A stretch of DNA of 64,000 nucleotides from an uncultured virus (IMG/VR IMGVR_UViG_3300023184_000084) (lineage: Duplodnaviria; Heunggongvirae; Uroviricota; Caudoviricetes). Under the pieces are notes generated by a model. It made no database searches and was not told the origin of the DNA. It saw only the letters and a list, made by a program, of their open reading frames with translations. Below are positions 1 through 8,671 of the stretch, piece by piece. The translations under genes and the position numbers were made by a program. The stretch's first letter is position 1; every line of letters starts with the position of its first letter. The stretch lies in the IMG/VR virus record IMGVR_UViG_3300023184_000084. One strand, 5' to 3'.

Positions 1-65
1 TTAGACGAAAGGGTAAAGTTCCCTCCACTGTGTTCCATTACTCTCCACTTACTGTTATCAGATAA

Positions 66-1571
66 CTAATCTTCTATTGATTGTTGAATAATTTTTGTTA
101 CAGTATCTTCTTTTAAAGCATCAGGTAGTTCTCTAAGAGCCTGTGCTCTGTCGCCAAAGATTGCAGAAAGGACTCCTCCAGAACTTTGACGCTCTGCAGT
201 GATACGAACAAACTCTCTGTTTTCTTCTAGTTCTTTTAAGTTACCCACAAGTTTAAACAAACGATCAATTTCTTGAGATACATTGGGATCAGCATACCCA
301 CCATTCATTTCTTCTGCAAAACGCATAAAAGCCACTCTTTGGCCTTGCATTTCAATGATTGCGTTAAGTAAAGCCTTAAGTTGATCTTTAGTCTTTACTT
401 CGACAGGGAGGTTAAACGCACAACTATTGTCAGGCTTGAAGGCAGGACAATTCGAAGCAACAAAGCAAGTGTTACATTGACGAAGTGAAGAATGCTGATT
501 GTTAATGATTGGAACATCTTTAAGAACGTCTTTTCCTTCTTCATCAGTTTCAACTATTGTCTTCATTTTATATCCAAAGACAGGCAAGTTTTGAACCTCT
601 AAAGGATCTCTTTGTATAACTTCATTTGCAGAAGTTTTCCGCATATCTACAGCACTGTTATCAGAAGAAGGCAAATCAAATCCCATTAAACCTGTTAACA
701 ACTCATCGCTGTTATCAGATACTTTCTCTTCTTTACCGCCATTAATGATGTGAAAATTTGGACTTTTTTTATCCATAGACTCCTCTAATCGTTTGTAAGA
801 CCATACAGCAACTCTAGTTGCTTCAAGGGTACCATCTTGGACAAACTCTAAATAGTCTAGTCCAGCCTTCTCCACAATTGGTTTATATCGTGGTCGTGCT
901 TGATCCTTCATTCTCTTTGGGTAACGAACTAACTTAGTACCATCCCAGATAATAGTTTCACCTCTTCGCATGGGTGATAACCAAGACAATGTGCTGGCTG
1001 TGGCAAATGGTATCTGTCTCAAATTGTCTGGCTTAGCACATCCAAGGGCGTGATAAGTGGTGCCAAACTGTTTGGAGTAACTCCTTGTAACTGCTGCTAA
1101 ACTAGTTACTGACTCAATTTCAGAATAAGGAATTACTACATTTGTATACTTTTCAGAAATATCTCTAAGGTTTAACAAGCCATACTCTTCGTGCCATACC
1201 ACCCATAATTTTGGGTCATTACTAAAAAAGGGGCGTTGTTTTTCTACCCAATCTAATCCTAAAATAAGTGAATCAAACTCTTGAAAAGCCTCTGCTCTAT
1301 CAGCGTTGTTAACTAAAAACTCTTGATAGTCTGCGGCTATTTCTAGTAGTTCATCTTTAGATAGTCCTGCTTTGTCCGCTTGGGCTGCGCCAGATTCAAT
1401 ATAAACTTTAGTTTCTGGAGTAAAATGTTCGCTAATAAGCCAAAGTTTAGTCTTTGGTAAACCACGTTTTCTAAGACCCCAATAGTTGAATCCCATCGAC
1501 TCAACTTTCTGACCTTCTAGCAGGGTGCGGTTTGAACCAACTTCAGTTCCTGAAAAAATTAATTTAGTCAT
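66..1571 (-). CDS. Two-domain protein: degenerate TGT/DpdA-like N-terminal domain plus Cys4 helical C-terminal domain
   Basis: HALG..PF..ASTLSW resembles the H-x-(L/F)-G...P(F/W)-x-S-x-D-S-x-S-W signature of phage TGT-like proteins; C-terminal CxxC-x4-C-x8-C. Confidence 0.45.
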   Translation of the reverse strand: MTKLIFSGTEVGSNRTLLEGQKVESMGFNYWGLRKRGLPKTKLWLISEHFTPETKVYIESGAAQADKAGLSKDELLEIAADYQEFLVNNADRAEAFQEFDSLILGLDWVEKQRPFFSNDPKLWVVWHEEYGLLNLRDISEKYTNVVIPYSEIESVTSLAAVTRSYSKQFGTTYHALGCAKPDNLRQIPFATASTLSWLSPMRRGETIIWDGTKLVRYPKRMKDQARPRYKPIVEKAGLDYLEFVQDGTLEATRVAVWSYKRLEESMDKKSPNFHIINGGKEEKVSDNSDELLTGLMGFDLPSSDNSAVDMRKTSANEVIQRDPLEVQNLPVFGYKMKTIVETDEEGKDVLKDVPIINNQHSSLRQCNTCFVASNCPAFKPDNSCAFNLPVEVKTKDQLKALLNAIIEMQGQRVAFMRFAEEMNGGYADPNVSQEIDRLFKLVGNLKELEENREFVRITAERQSSGGVLSAIFGDRAQALRELPDALKEDTVTKIIQQSIED

Positions 1572-2052
1572 CCCAGAACTCTAATTCTTTTGGATTGGCT
1601 GCATCCTTTGAACGAGCAATATTTACTCGATTAATAGACTCCTCTATTTGATTCCAAGTTCTAACTTTTTTAGGAGCATCTGGGCGACGCTCAACAGACA
1701 AATAGCCTGGATTCATAAACATAACTGCAGGAATGCCTTGTTCTTCAAACACCCAAGCACACATAGCAGGATCAGAATCTACATACATCTCAATTGGAGC
1801 ACGACTACGGCTCATAACAAACTGACGTTTTTTTAAGTCTTCTCCTTCTAGATGAAAAGAATAGTCAATTAAGTCATCATAATTAATAATTCCATGAGAA
1901 TTAAGCCAGTGTTGAGCATCTTCAGTTTTTCTAGATGTCATAATTGCTACACGGTTGTTTATGTTTAAGGCATAGTAAAGCATTACTCCTGCTCGGATTG
2001 GTTCACCTGAGTCCGAACTAAGTACGCCATCTAATGAGACGAGTATGTTAAT
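1564..2052 (-). CDS. HAD-fold protein with atypical motif I; start extended to a probable ATT
   Basis: Frame stays open upstream of ATG 1983 and encodes INILVSLDGVL; later YVDSD; AAGGA 6 nt upstream of ATT. Confidence 0.55.
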   Translation of the reverse strand: MNILVSLDGVLSSDSGEPIRAGVMLYYALNINNRVAIMTSRKTEDAQHWLNSHGIINYDDLIDYSFHLEGEDLKKRQFVMSRSRAPIEMYVDSDPAMCAWVFEEQGIPAVMFMNPGYLSVERRPDAPKKVRTWNQIEESINRVNIARSKDAANPKELEFWDD

Positions 2053-2055
2053 TAG

Positions 2056-2985
2056 TTATCCTTTTGCTCGGTATGTTGCCGCTCTACGAATTAAGGTCTG
2101 AGTATCTGGCAGTTCAATGCCGTAAGTTTCGTCTGCTTGTTTTGCTTTGTATGCTGACCAGTACTCAGAGATTTGTTTTAATGCAGGAACTGTTCCGTAT
2201 TTTTTACCAGCCTGCCATCTATAGTTGTAAAAATCTTCATATCCTTTACCATCTGGTCTAAAAGCATAGCGACGAGAGTGGTGTATGTCTTCAAAAAGGG
2301 CTGAACCTTGCATCAAAGCCATTTGTAAACCAACTTCAGCATTACGACGAGATGCTGGGTTTTTTGCACCTTGTAAATCTGTTAAATATTTTGAGTAACG
2401 CATAACAATATCTGATGCCATAGAAGTATCTTTTTGAATTAATGATTCCCATGCTAAATTTTGTGTAGCGCCTTGATGTTTTGGAAACACGGTCCACTCA
2501 TTATGATTTAAATCGTATGCAGCATAAGGATTGATTGTTCTGATGTCCGTTGCACCAGGGTTAACATAAAAAGTTACTTCAAAACCATTCCAGTTAGTCA
2601 TTTCAGGTTGTAAGTGTTCTCTAAAATCTTCATTCAACATTTTGCTAATTTCAATGTCTGATAATCCCATATATTCTGGATGGGCTTTTCTAAAAGAAAT
2701 GTAATCAACACCAATAAGAACGTCTAAGTCTCCTGGTTCTCGATCTGCTGACCATTGAAAAGATACCGCAGATCCTGCAATCCACACTCTTGTCCATAAA
2801 TCTGGGTGGCGGTAAACGTCATCTAAAAATCCATATAATTTTTGAAGAATACCGTTACGGACCCAACCTTTTAAAGTTGTATTAACAAATAATTGAGGAT
2901 CTAGTTCTTCTTCAGGATCAGAAAAGTAAGATGTAGAAGAAGCCTGTAATTGAACAGGATTAACCAATTTGCTTAAATCACTCAT
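2056..2985 (-). CDS. Pol-beta superfamily nucleotidyltransferase
   Basis: IAGS...GDLDVL motif plus a third acidic residue (FEVTFY); ATG 2985 lies 6 nt from TAGACT. Confidence 0.8.
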   Translation of the reverse strand: MSDLSKLVNPVQLQASSTSYFSDPEEELDPQLFVNTTLKGWVRNGILQKLYGFLDDVYRHPDLWTRVWIAGSAVSFQWSADREPGDLDVLIGVDYISFRKAHPEYMGLSDIEISKMLNEDFREHLQPEMTNWNGFEVTFYVNPGATDIRTINPYAAYDLNHNEWTVFPKHQGATQNLAWESLIQKDTSMASDIVMRYSKYLTDLQGAKNPASRRNAEVGLQMALMQGSALFEDIHHSRRYAFRPDGKGYEDFYNYRWQAGKKYGTVPALKQISEYWSAYKAKQADETYGIELPDTQTLIRRAATYRAKG

Positions 2986-2991
2986 AGACAT

Positions 2992-2997
2992 AGTCTA
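2992..2997 (-). promoter_or_regulatory. -10 box (TAGACT) of a probable leaderless transcript
   Basis: TANNNT exactly 6 nt before ATG 2985, no Shine-Dalgarno. Confidence 0.45.
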
Positions 2998-3004
2998 TGG
3001 CTCT

Positions 3005-3295
3005 TTAGGCTTGTGGGGTATCTATGCCTCTTTCGCTTAAAGCATTTATCAATTTTTCCTTAAATTCTGCAACATTGTCCTTTGGTTGCAGACTTGCCAA
3101 TACAGTGCGTGCAACTCGATCAGCCAATAGTTGGCTTTCTATATCGGAGACTAATTCTCGGCTTGTTTGATAGATATCAAAAGTCGTGGCTTTGCGTTGG
3201 ACGGCTTCGTTTGGTTCAATAACTTCAGTAAAGATTGTTCCATCTAACCTAATGCCTACGGTGTAGGCTGTTTGAACTATTTCATTTTCAGACAT
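3005..3295 (-). CDS. hypothetical protein
   Basis: Likely start MSENEI overlaps upstream stop (TAATG). Confidence 0.7.
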   Translation of the reverse strand: MSENEIVQTAYTVGIRLDGTIFTEVIEPNEAVQRKATTFDIYQTSRELVSDIESQLLADRVARTVLASLQPKDNVAEFKEKLINALSERGIDTPQA

Positions 3296-3843
3296 TATTC
3301 TATTCCCATCAACTTTCTTTTTCGTTGTGCTACAGATATTGCTACAGGACAAAAGTCGCACAAATAAGTTTTTGGTCCTGCGGATTCTTCGTATTTTTCC
3401 ATGCCTTCGGCTCGTCGTTCTTTAATGGTTTTAGGCACTAACATCTTGTCTTTAATATGCCAATCTGAACAGCCATCTTTTGGTTTGTTATGTTGTCTAT
3501 AACAAGTCATTGCATCTTCCATAAATGTAGATCGTGATTCGTAGAAAGTATCATCTACCTCTGCAATACCAGCAGATCCTCCGCCTTTTATTTGTTTAAT
3601 AATTTCTTTTTTAGACTCAGTTTTAGCCCATGCTCGTAATGGTAAAACAAACAATTTACCTCTATGAGGATCTCCAGAAGGGAATACATGTTGTTCACAT
3701 GCAATTTCTAATAAGTAATCTTGTTCAGGTGCGCCTTCATACGGTGGTAACTCTTCTAATGTTTGACAGACAAGGCAGTACAACAACCTAAATTGCGGTT
3801 CATTGTCTTGTTTTTTTTGACCTAGAATTGGTACGTTACTCAT
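3295..3843 (-). CDS. hypothetical Cys/His-rich (putative Zn-binding) protein
   Basis: CLVC, CxxH, CDFC; AAGGAG RBS. Confidence 0.75.
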   Translation of the reverse strand: MSNVPILGQKKQDNEPQFRLLYCLVCQTLEELPPYEGAPEQDYLLEIACEQHVFPSGDPHRGKLFVLPLRAWAKTESKKEIIKQIKGGGSAGIAEVDDTFYESRSTFMEDAMTCYRQHNKPKDGCSDWHIKDKMLVPKTIKERRAEGMEKYEESAGPKTYLCDFCPVAISVAQRKRKLMGIE

Positions 3844-3879
3844 ATTGCTCCTTGTAGTAGTCCGTGTAGCCTAGCGTAC

Positions 3880-4056
3880 TTAGGCGGCTAAGGCTATTTT
3901 ACGATGATTTTGATTATGGTCTAAACGATCTGTTCTTTTAATTGAGTATCCGCAACAAGATTTACCCTTTTTTACGTTTGACTTTGGGCGTTTCTTACTT
4001 GATTTACCGCATTTACGGGAGTCATTACGACCCCCTCCACTTTTACTTTTCGCCAA
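3880..4056 (-). CDS. small basic hypothetical protein
   Basis: TTG start MAKSKSGGGRNDSRKC; Lys/Arg-rich. Confidence 0.5.
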   Translation of the reverse strand: MAKSKSGGGRNDSRKCGKSSKKRPKSNVKKGKSCCGYSIKRTDRLDHNQNHRKIALAA

Positions 4057-4393
4057 GAGGTATGCCGTAATCTGGATTTTTTGCATTGTCATGACCGCTT
4101 TGGAAATGATCATTAAGTGCACGTTTTACAAGATTTTGATGTTTAGAAGTAGTTACTGAATACTTAGAAGTTGAATGTTGCCATCCAGCATCTCCATGCC
4201 ATGCAATTGGAGTTCCATATGAACGGACAGTATATGTTGGATTTGATTTACGATACTCACGAGTTTCATCATCTGACATATAGCCAGGGCCAGTAGTACC
4301 TTCTACACCTGATAATGCTGCGGCTTGAAAGGGAATTTTATTAGCGATAAAGTCTGGAGCCTTTGCTAAATTAGTTTTTGCAACTTTAGCCAT
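4043..4393 (-). CDS. conserved phage hypothetical protein
   Basis: SYGTPIA...KYSVTTSKHQ motif familiar from small phage proteins. Confidence 0.7.
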   Translation of the reverse strand: MAKVAKTNLAKAPDFIANKIPFQAAALSGVEGTTGPGYMSDDETREYRKSNPTYTVRSYGTPIAWHGDAGWQHSTSKYSVTTSKHQNLVKRALNDHFQSGHDNAKNPDYGIPLGEK

Positions 4394-4395
4394 AT

Positions 4396-4677
4396 TTAAT
4401 CCTGAAATTGATCTGTGTTTAACCACGCATGTAGGTGGTGTGCTTCAACAATTGCAGATGCGGGTGCTGCTTTCTTTCCTTTATATAAAATACCTTGTGG
4501 AAGTCTAATATTTGAATTATGTTTGCCTTTGTTTACTGCAGAGATAGCACGCTTTGATGGTCCAAGCATTGATGATGGGACTGGCGGATAATGATTACCA
4601 CGTAAGTGTGCAAGCAAACCAGCATCACGATTTTTGCCTTTCATTGAAGCATATTCTTCAGCATGCATGCTACCCAT
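4396..4677 (-). CDS. hypothetical protein
   Basis: HLRGNHYPPVP...HHLHAW; AAAGGT RBS. Confidence 0.75.
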   Translation of the reverse strand: MGSMHAEEYASMKGKNRDAGLLAHLRGNHYPPVPSSMLGPSKRAISAVNKGKHNSNIRLPQGILYKGKKAAPASAIVEAHHLHAWLNTDQFQD

Positions 4678-4693
4678 GATTACTTACCTTTCT

Positions 4694-4861
4694 TTAAATT
4701 AAAGGAAATTTTCTTGGGGAAACAGTACCCATAGGAAATTTTTTAGCGGCTTCTTTTGCTTCTTTTTTAGAAACAGATTTACCACCAATAGTTGCTTTCA
4801 TTGCTCTTTTAACTTCTTGTTTATATGCTTTTTTAGCAACACGACGGTCATTAAAAAACAT
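4694..4861 (-). CDS. 55-aa basic protein (not in ORF track)
   Basis: Hand-translated MFFNDRRVAKKAYKQEVK...FPLI; GAGGT RBS. Confidence 0.7.
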   Translation of the reverse strand: MFFNDRRVAKKAYKQEVKRAMKATIGGKSVSKKEAKEAAKKFPMGTVSPRKFPLI

Positions 4862-4863
4862 TG

Positions 4864-5031
4864 TTACTTACCTCTTTCGTGTTCTTCCATGCAAGATGGG
4901 CAAACAGGAGAACCACCAACTAAATGGTAGCCTTCTTCTTCGTTTACTTCAGTTCCACAATTCCAACATGACGTATTTTTATTTGGTTTTCTTTTAGAAT
5001 CATTAGCACGATCTGGAACAGTGTTAGCCAC
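4864..5031 (-). CDS. 55-aa zinc-ribbon protein (not in ORF track)
   Basis: GTG start; MANTVPDRANDSKRK...CWNC...CPSC. Confidence 0.75.
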   Translation of the reverse strand: MANTVPDRANDSKRKPNKNTSCWNCGTEVNEEEGYHLVGGSPVCPSCMEEHERGK

Positions 5032-5033
5032 GA

Positions 5034-5234
5034 TTACTTACCTGGGTTTACCTTTGCTGGGTACTCAGAGGTTTGAAATCCGTATCCATAAAATGGATGT
5101 AATGTTTGACGATTGGCTTCAGTAGCAGATGATTCTGTACCTACTTCAGTATCTGGGCGAGCCTTACGGTACTTACCATCAGTTGCTCCGTCATCTAGTG
5201 ACTTGTTCATTGAGCGAGATGAGTTAACGGCCAT
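5034..5234 (-). CDS. hypothetical protein
   Basis: 66 aa, coupled to neighbours. Confidence 0.7.
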   Translation of the reverse strand: MAVNSSRSMNKSLDDGATDGKYRKARPDTEVGTESSATEANRQTLHPFYGYGFQTSEYPAKVNPGK

Positions 5235-5428
5235 TATTTCTTCTTCCTACTTTCCTCAATTACGGCGTCTACCGTTTGAGTTGATTGAGCGTACTGTTCT
5301 TTACGAGATGCTGGATACTCCCCTTTTGAATTAGAAATAAACGCACCTGTTTCCCTGACTAAATTATGTACCCTTTGGCGTTCTTTAGCACTCTGAATGC
5401 GGGTCCTTCTGCGGTCATTAAACATCAT
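5234..5428 (-). CDS. small basic hypothetical protein
   Basis: 64 aa, MMFNDRR N-terminus. Confidence 0.65.
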   Translation of the reverse strand: MMFNDRRRTRIQSAKERQRVHNLVRETGAFISNSKGEYPASRKEQYAQSTQTVDAVIEESRKKK

Positions 5429-5625
5429 GACATTTTTTCCTTTACTCTTTTAGCGTTTTTTGCTGATGTGCAAGACAAACAGTGTCCTCTATTAGATAGG
5501 AATTCAACAGGATTTATAACAACACCGCAAGTTGGACAAGGTGATGAGCCATTGTACATAGTGGCGTTAGAAGCAATTAATCCTGCCTGTAACTCCATTG
5601 TCAACATACCGTCGCCATCATTCAT
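5425..5625 (-). CDS. zinc-ribbon protein
   Basis: CPTC...CLSC. Confidence 0.7.
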   Translation of the reverse strand: MNDGDGMLTMELQAGLIASNATMYNGSSPCPTCGVVINPVEFLSNRGHCLSCTSAKNAKRVKEKMS

Positions 5626-5628
5626 AGG

Positions 5629-5826
5629 TTAGTACCTTTCTGGATCCCATTCACCAAGTCTTGTTTTATAACCAGAAAAAGGATCTTTATCTCCTGGTTT
5701 TCCTTTTAATGCTTCTTCATATTGCCATGGACTAACACGATCTTTACGTGTTACTTTATTAACTTCTTGTAAGTATGACATTTTACGTTTTGGATTATCT
5801 CCACGATCAGGGACCATAGTTGGCAT
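5629..5826 (-). CDS. hypothetical protein
   Basis: 65 aa, VPDRGDNPKRK N-terminus. Confidence 0.65.
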   Translation of the reverse strand: MPTMVPDRGDNPKRKMSYLQEVNKVTRKDRVSPWQYEEALKGKPGDKDPFSGYKTRLGEWDPERY

Positions 5827-6188
5827 TAGTTACTCCCTAGTGCGTTTCGTTCGGCTGCTTGATAACCAGCAACACCGCCAGAGAACCAGGATACTCTTGG
5901 TTCAGCATATTTTCTATCAATAACTACAATTTCATCAATACCAGGTTGTCTACGATCTCCATAACCAAACCTATCTGGGAATAATTGAATTTGAGGAAGT
6001 GGTGGTCGAACCATTTCTTGAATATCTTTTCCAGGAATGTTCATTACCATCAGGGCTTGTTGAGTAAGACGTTCTTGATTAGACGCCCATGGTCCTAGAT
6101 AAGAGTACCTCTTGGCTACCTTGTCAGGTTGTACAGGTGCACGCCATGGCTTTGTATAATCATAAACGCCATCAAACTTCTGTGTCAT
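5826..6188 (-). CDS. hypothetical protein
   Basis: 120 aa, overlapping start/stop coupling. Confidence 0.7.
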   Translation of the reverse strand: MTQKFDGVYDYTKPWRAPVQPDKVAKRYSYLGPWASNQERLTQQALMVMNIPGKDIQEMVRPPLPQIQLFPDRFGYGDRRQPGIDEIVVIDRKYAEPRVSWFSGGVAGYQAAERNALGSN

Positions 6189-6856
6189 CCTATTGCTCCT
6201 CTATGAGTTACCCATGAAGTTGCTTGTACTTTGTTTGGTACATCAACACCTAACTCTCCTGCAGCATGTTGATACGCATGAACGAAGTGCTTGTATCTGC
6301 CCATTGAACTTAAACCTAGATCTTGAGACATAGTTCCTGTCTGTCGTGGAACTTTTAACTCCTCTAAATTCTTTGGCTTTCCTGATCCAGCAAAGGGTCT
6401 GCCCATTGCAATGTCATATGCGTGACGATCAATTGTTACAGGTTCTTTATTACTTGGATCATGGATGTTCTGGAAGAAGTTAGTTACTTTGTGTCCGCCT
6501 AATACCTTCTCGGGTTCTTCTCCTGCGTGAATTCTTTGAGCCTTTGCAACATTTGCTGGAAGGAGAGCGCTCTTAACATCACCAGTCTTTACTAACTCTT
6601 TTGCTTCTCTAACATTTCTATCCCAATCACTTAATGGGGATAATGCCGCAATAATTCCTGCGCCACGTTTTGTGTCTCCTTTACCCAATTTAGTTGCTTC
6701 TTCATGGGCCTTTTCATACCATTGATGTCCACCTTCAACAAATGCTGGAGATGCTTCACGATACTTCTTAATAACATTTTCTACATGGTCTTTAAATTGT
6801 GCTTGGGCAATATTTTCATCCCAACGACCGTGAGGGTTGACTCCGAAGTAAGCCAT
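6185..6856 (-). CDS. HhH DNA-glycosylase-like protein (DUF7178-like)
   Basis: WY...IIAALSP..W..N, GxKVxxF, VTIDRH, QAxxW motifs. Confidence 0.6.
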   Translation of the reverse strand: MAYFGVNPHGRWDENIAQAQFKDHVENVIKKYREASPAFVEGGHQWYEKAHEEATKLGKGDTKRGAGIIAALSPLSDWDRNVREAKELVKTGDVKSALLPANVAKAQRIHAGEEPEKVLGGHKVTNFFQNIHDPSNKEPVTIDRHAYDIAMGRPFAGSGKPKNLEELKVPRQTGTMSQDLGLSSMGRYKHFVHAYQHAAGELGVDVPNKVQATSWVTHRGAIG

Positions 6857-6857
6857 A

Positions 6858-7391
6858 TTATGCCCACGCAGGTCTTAGATAGGCAAGCATTGCTTTACGG
6901 CGTGCATCAATGGTTCCTGGTTGGTCTGCAACAGTGTTTGCTTTACCATCATTTACTAGATGTGGAGCAGGTGTTAGTTGTGTCTGTGGTGCACTTCTTT
7001 CTGACATATAAACAACTGCGCCATTTATATTTACTAACTTTGCTTTCATTTGGCGTTCAATACCCGTCATTGGGTGTATTTGTTCTGGCCAATAATACAT
7101 AGAAGGTTCAATGCGCTCACCCTTGTGAACACCACGTTGATAGGCCTTCTGATTTACACGGTTCTTAATAGAGTCTAATAGACGATCATCTCTTCGAGAT
7201 CGCATTGTGCCAAGATAACCATCTGGATACTCTGCAGAAGGAATGCGACCCATGCCCATGCGGGATTCATCAATTGCACTACGTGCTATAGGAGTTCCTG
7301 CACCACCTTGATTGTTATAACCGTAAAGACCTCCACCACCAAGAGATTGCCAGTTTTGTGATGCTGAAAGATTATTAACTCCACCAGCCAT
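6858..7391 (-). CDS. conserved phage hypothetical protein
   Basis: AEYPDGYLGT..SRRDDRLL..YQRGVHKGERI. Confidence 0.75.
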   Translation of the reverse strand: MAGGVNNLSASQNWQSLGGGGLYGYNNQGGAGTPIARSAIDESRMGMGRIPSAEYPDGYLGTMRSRRDDRLLDSIKNRVNQKAYQRGVHKGERIEPSMYYWPEQIHPMTGIERQMKAKLVNINGAVVYMSERSAPQTQLTPAPHLVNDGKANTVADQPGTIDARRKAMLAYLRPAWA

Positions 7392-7966
7392 TACACACCT
7401 CTATCTCTGCGGTTTTTTGCAATAGTTGCATAGACCTCATTTACTGAAATTTTTTTACCCTTATATGTAGAGCCACGACTTATCTGAGATTGTTCTGCAA
7501 ATTCTTGAGCCTTTGGTTTTGGTTCCATTCTTTCATACTCTGCTGTTCGATGAGCACTTGCTACAAACTCTGGATTGGATTCAACACCAGGAACTTTGCG
7601 ACCAAAATAAACATTACCACCCTGTGGGCGCCTTACATCTGTTCCACCTAAATCATATCCAGCAATTTGTTTATTTTCTACACCAGCGGTACGTGCTCCT
7701 GGAAGGGTACTGTGTTTAACACTTATATCTGCAAATATTTTTCCACCAGTTTTCCATGCACCCTGATAAACATCGCCTGTTGCTTTTGTCTTATTTTCTT
7801 CTTTAAAACTCTTTGCTTGTTCTGCAGTATATGGTGCATCAGTAATCTTTTCAGCACCAGGAATTGAAACCATAACTCCAGGACTTTTAGGAGATTCACC
7901 AGTCTTAAAACTTCTGCTGGCTCCACCTTCGTTGGCTAAATTAGCAAATTGTTCATTACTAAGCAT
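7391..7966 (-). CDS. hypothetical protein
   Basis: Start MLSNEQF; GxW...DIS...A...Q.AGYDL motif. Confidence 0.7.
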   Translation of the reverse strand: MLSNEQFANLANEGGASRSFKTGESPKSPGVMVSIPGAEKITDAPYTAEQAKSFKEENKTKATGDVYQGAWKTGGKIFADISVKHSTLPGARTAGVENKQIAGYDLGGTDVRRPQGGNVYFGRKVPGVESNPEFVASAHRTAEYERMEPKPKAQEFAEQSQISRGSTYKGKKISVNEVYATIAKNRRDRGV

Positions 7967-8216
7967 TTGGGTTTCTACCACCAGAGTTAGGTGTAACTGA
8001 TGTATTTGTAGAAGTATCATCCCAATTAAATGTTGTGCCAGCGGTTTTTTTAGATAATGATAAAGGTCTACCGCCACCAAGACTTCTATTTTTCCATGCA
8101 GTTGCTTGAGCAGCAGATCCTGCTGTAGAAGAACTAAATGATAACGGCGTGTCTACATCTGGTGTTTGTGGCACCATTGAATTACTACCGCCGAATTGTG
8201 AATTCGACAATGGCAT
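7959..8216 (-). CDS. hypothetical low-complexity protein
   Basis: Start MPLSNSQF; Ser/Thr/Gly-rich. Confidence 0.6.
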   Translation of the reverse strand: MPLSNSQFGGSNSMVPQTPDVDTPLSFSSSTAGSAAQATAWKNRSLGGGRPLSLSKKTAGTTFNWDDTSTNTSVTPNSGGRNPNA

Positions 8217-8217
8217 T

Positions 8218-8634
8218 TTAGTAGGCGTCGCCCATTCCACCTTGGAAGTTAGGATTTTGACGTCCTGAAACCGAAGGAATGATTCTTGCGTTAGTCATTG
8301 TTGATCCTGAACAAGGGTCAATACAAGGCATTGTTGTAGTAATTCTATGTGCAGCACCTTTGCGCTCAGACGCTGCTGAATCTGCTACAAGTACATTCTT
8401 TCTATTTGCTTTTGTACCGTACATTGGTTCTGCTGCTTGAGTGTTCTTCTTTGGCATCAATGTACCAACAGAAGGTGTACCACTTACATTAGTAAATGTT
8501 GCATTTGCACCAGATGGGGTGTATTGATCTGGGCTCATATCTTTTTTCATTTTAGTACCTGCTGACTCTAGATGGTTTGAAGGTGCGCCCATGCGACGTC
8601 GCATTGCGTGACCCATATCTGTCCAATTTGCCAT
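8218..8634 (-). CDS. hypothetical protein
   Basis: 138 aa; TAAGGAG RBS and upstream TATCCT. Confidence 0.75.
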   Translation of the reverse strand: MANWTDMGHAMRRRMGAPSNHLESAGTKMKKDMSPDQYTPSGANATFTNVSGTPSVGTLMPKKNTQAAEPMYGTKANRKNVLVADSAASERKGAAHRITTTMPCIDPCSGSTMTNARIIPSVSGRQNPNFQGGMGDAY

Positions 8635-8671
8635 GGTGACTCCTTAGTGTATGTCTAAGGATAGAACTAAA

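Noticed and set aside
66..1571. Functional DpdA 7-deazaguanine DNA modification system
   Set aside because: The expected Asp is absent from the motif and no folE/queC/queD/queE genes are in the window; kept only as a degenerate TGT-like call
7391..7966. SAM lyase (T3 SAMase-like)
   Set aside because: Only a loose G-x-W...Q pattern; the expected catalytic Glu context is not recognisable
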